Assembly (NCBI RefSeq): GCF_964355755.1 | Contig: NC_092671.1 | Location: 36,900,304-36,964,303, forward strand | Length of the DNA: 64,000 bases | Source of the DNA: Antedon mediterranea | Taxonomy: Eukaryota; Animalia; Echinodermata | Direction: 5' to 3' | Shown: piece by piece, positions 63,759-64,000 of the stretch | How the letters are laid out: every line of letters starts with the position of its first letter | Position numbering within the stretch: position 1 is the stretch's first letter | The notes under the pieces: generated by a model | What the model was told of the DNA's origin: nothing | Seen by the model: only the letters and a program-made list of their open reading frames with translations | The model's database searches: none | Position numbers and translations under genes: made by a program

Positions 63759-64000
63759 GTAAATCAAATGTTACACAACATTTATCTGTGTAAATACTTT
63801 CTTTTTCGCTCTCATAACATAACAACATAATATAAACATTTCATTAACAAAATGACAAAAAAGACCAAAAGAAATCAGCTTTGTTAAAGTTAAATTAAAT
63901 AAGTTTAAATAAAAAAAAGTTATTCATCTTATTTCAAATTTCAGTCTTTAAAAACAATCTCATTTATTTTGGTTAAATTATTAAAATAATTCCACTTAAA

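Overview
AT-rich, intron-rich animal genomic DNA, probably from a marine invertebrate deuterostome (echinoderm-like; this is an inference from the Deu/Nin-type SINE, gene structure and base composition). It is not prokaryotic. I rebuilt five spliced genes by hand from GT-AG sites and phase continuity: the 5' part of a ZIP4/ZIP12-type zinc transporter (minus, runs off the left edge), BZW/5MP (minus, 12 coding exons), MTFMT (plus, 9 exons), CEP152/asterless (minus, 22 exons) and the 5' part of RALBP1 (plus, runs off the right edge). Introns carry many MITEs, SINEs and decayed LINEs. The most unusual feature is a ~7.8 kb nested foldback structure (about 49120-56946) filling the gap between the head-to-head CEP152 and RALBP1 genes. 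It has two inverted arrays of a hairpin-bearing ~100-bp satellite, palindromic modules with TTAGGG motifs, an inner 15-bp-repeat foldback element, and a shared inverted ~55-bp terminal sequence next to both putative first exons. Other highlights: probable P-type transposon excision footprints, an in-frame TAA splitting a coding-like CEP152 C-terminus, candidate extra exons inside the PLK4-binding N-terminus of CEP152, the poor-context start codon of BZW, and a young TIR element carrying old LINE cargo. Homology calls rest on recalled human protein motifs, not on database searches.
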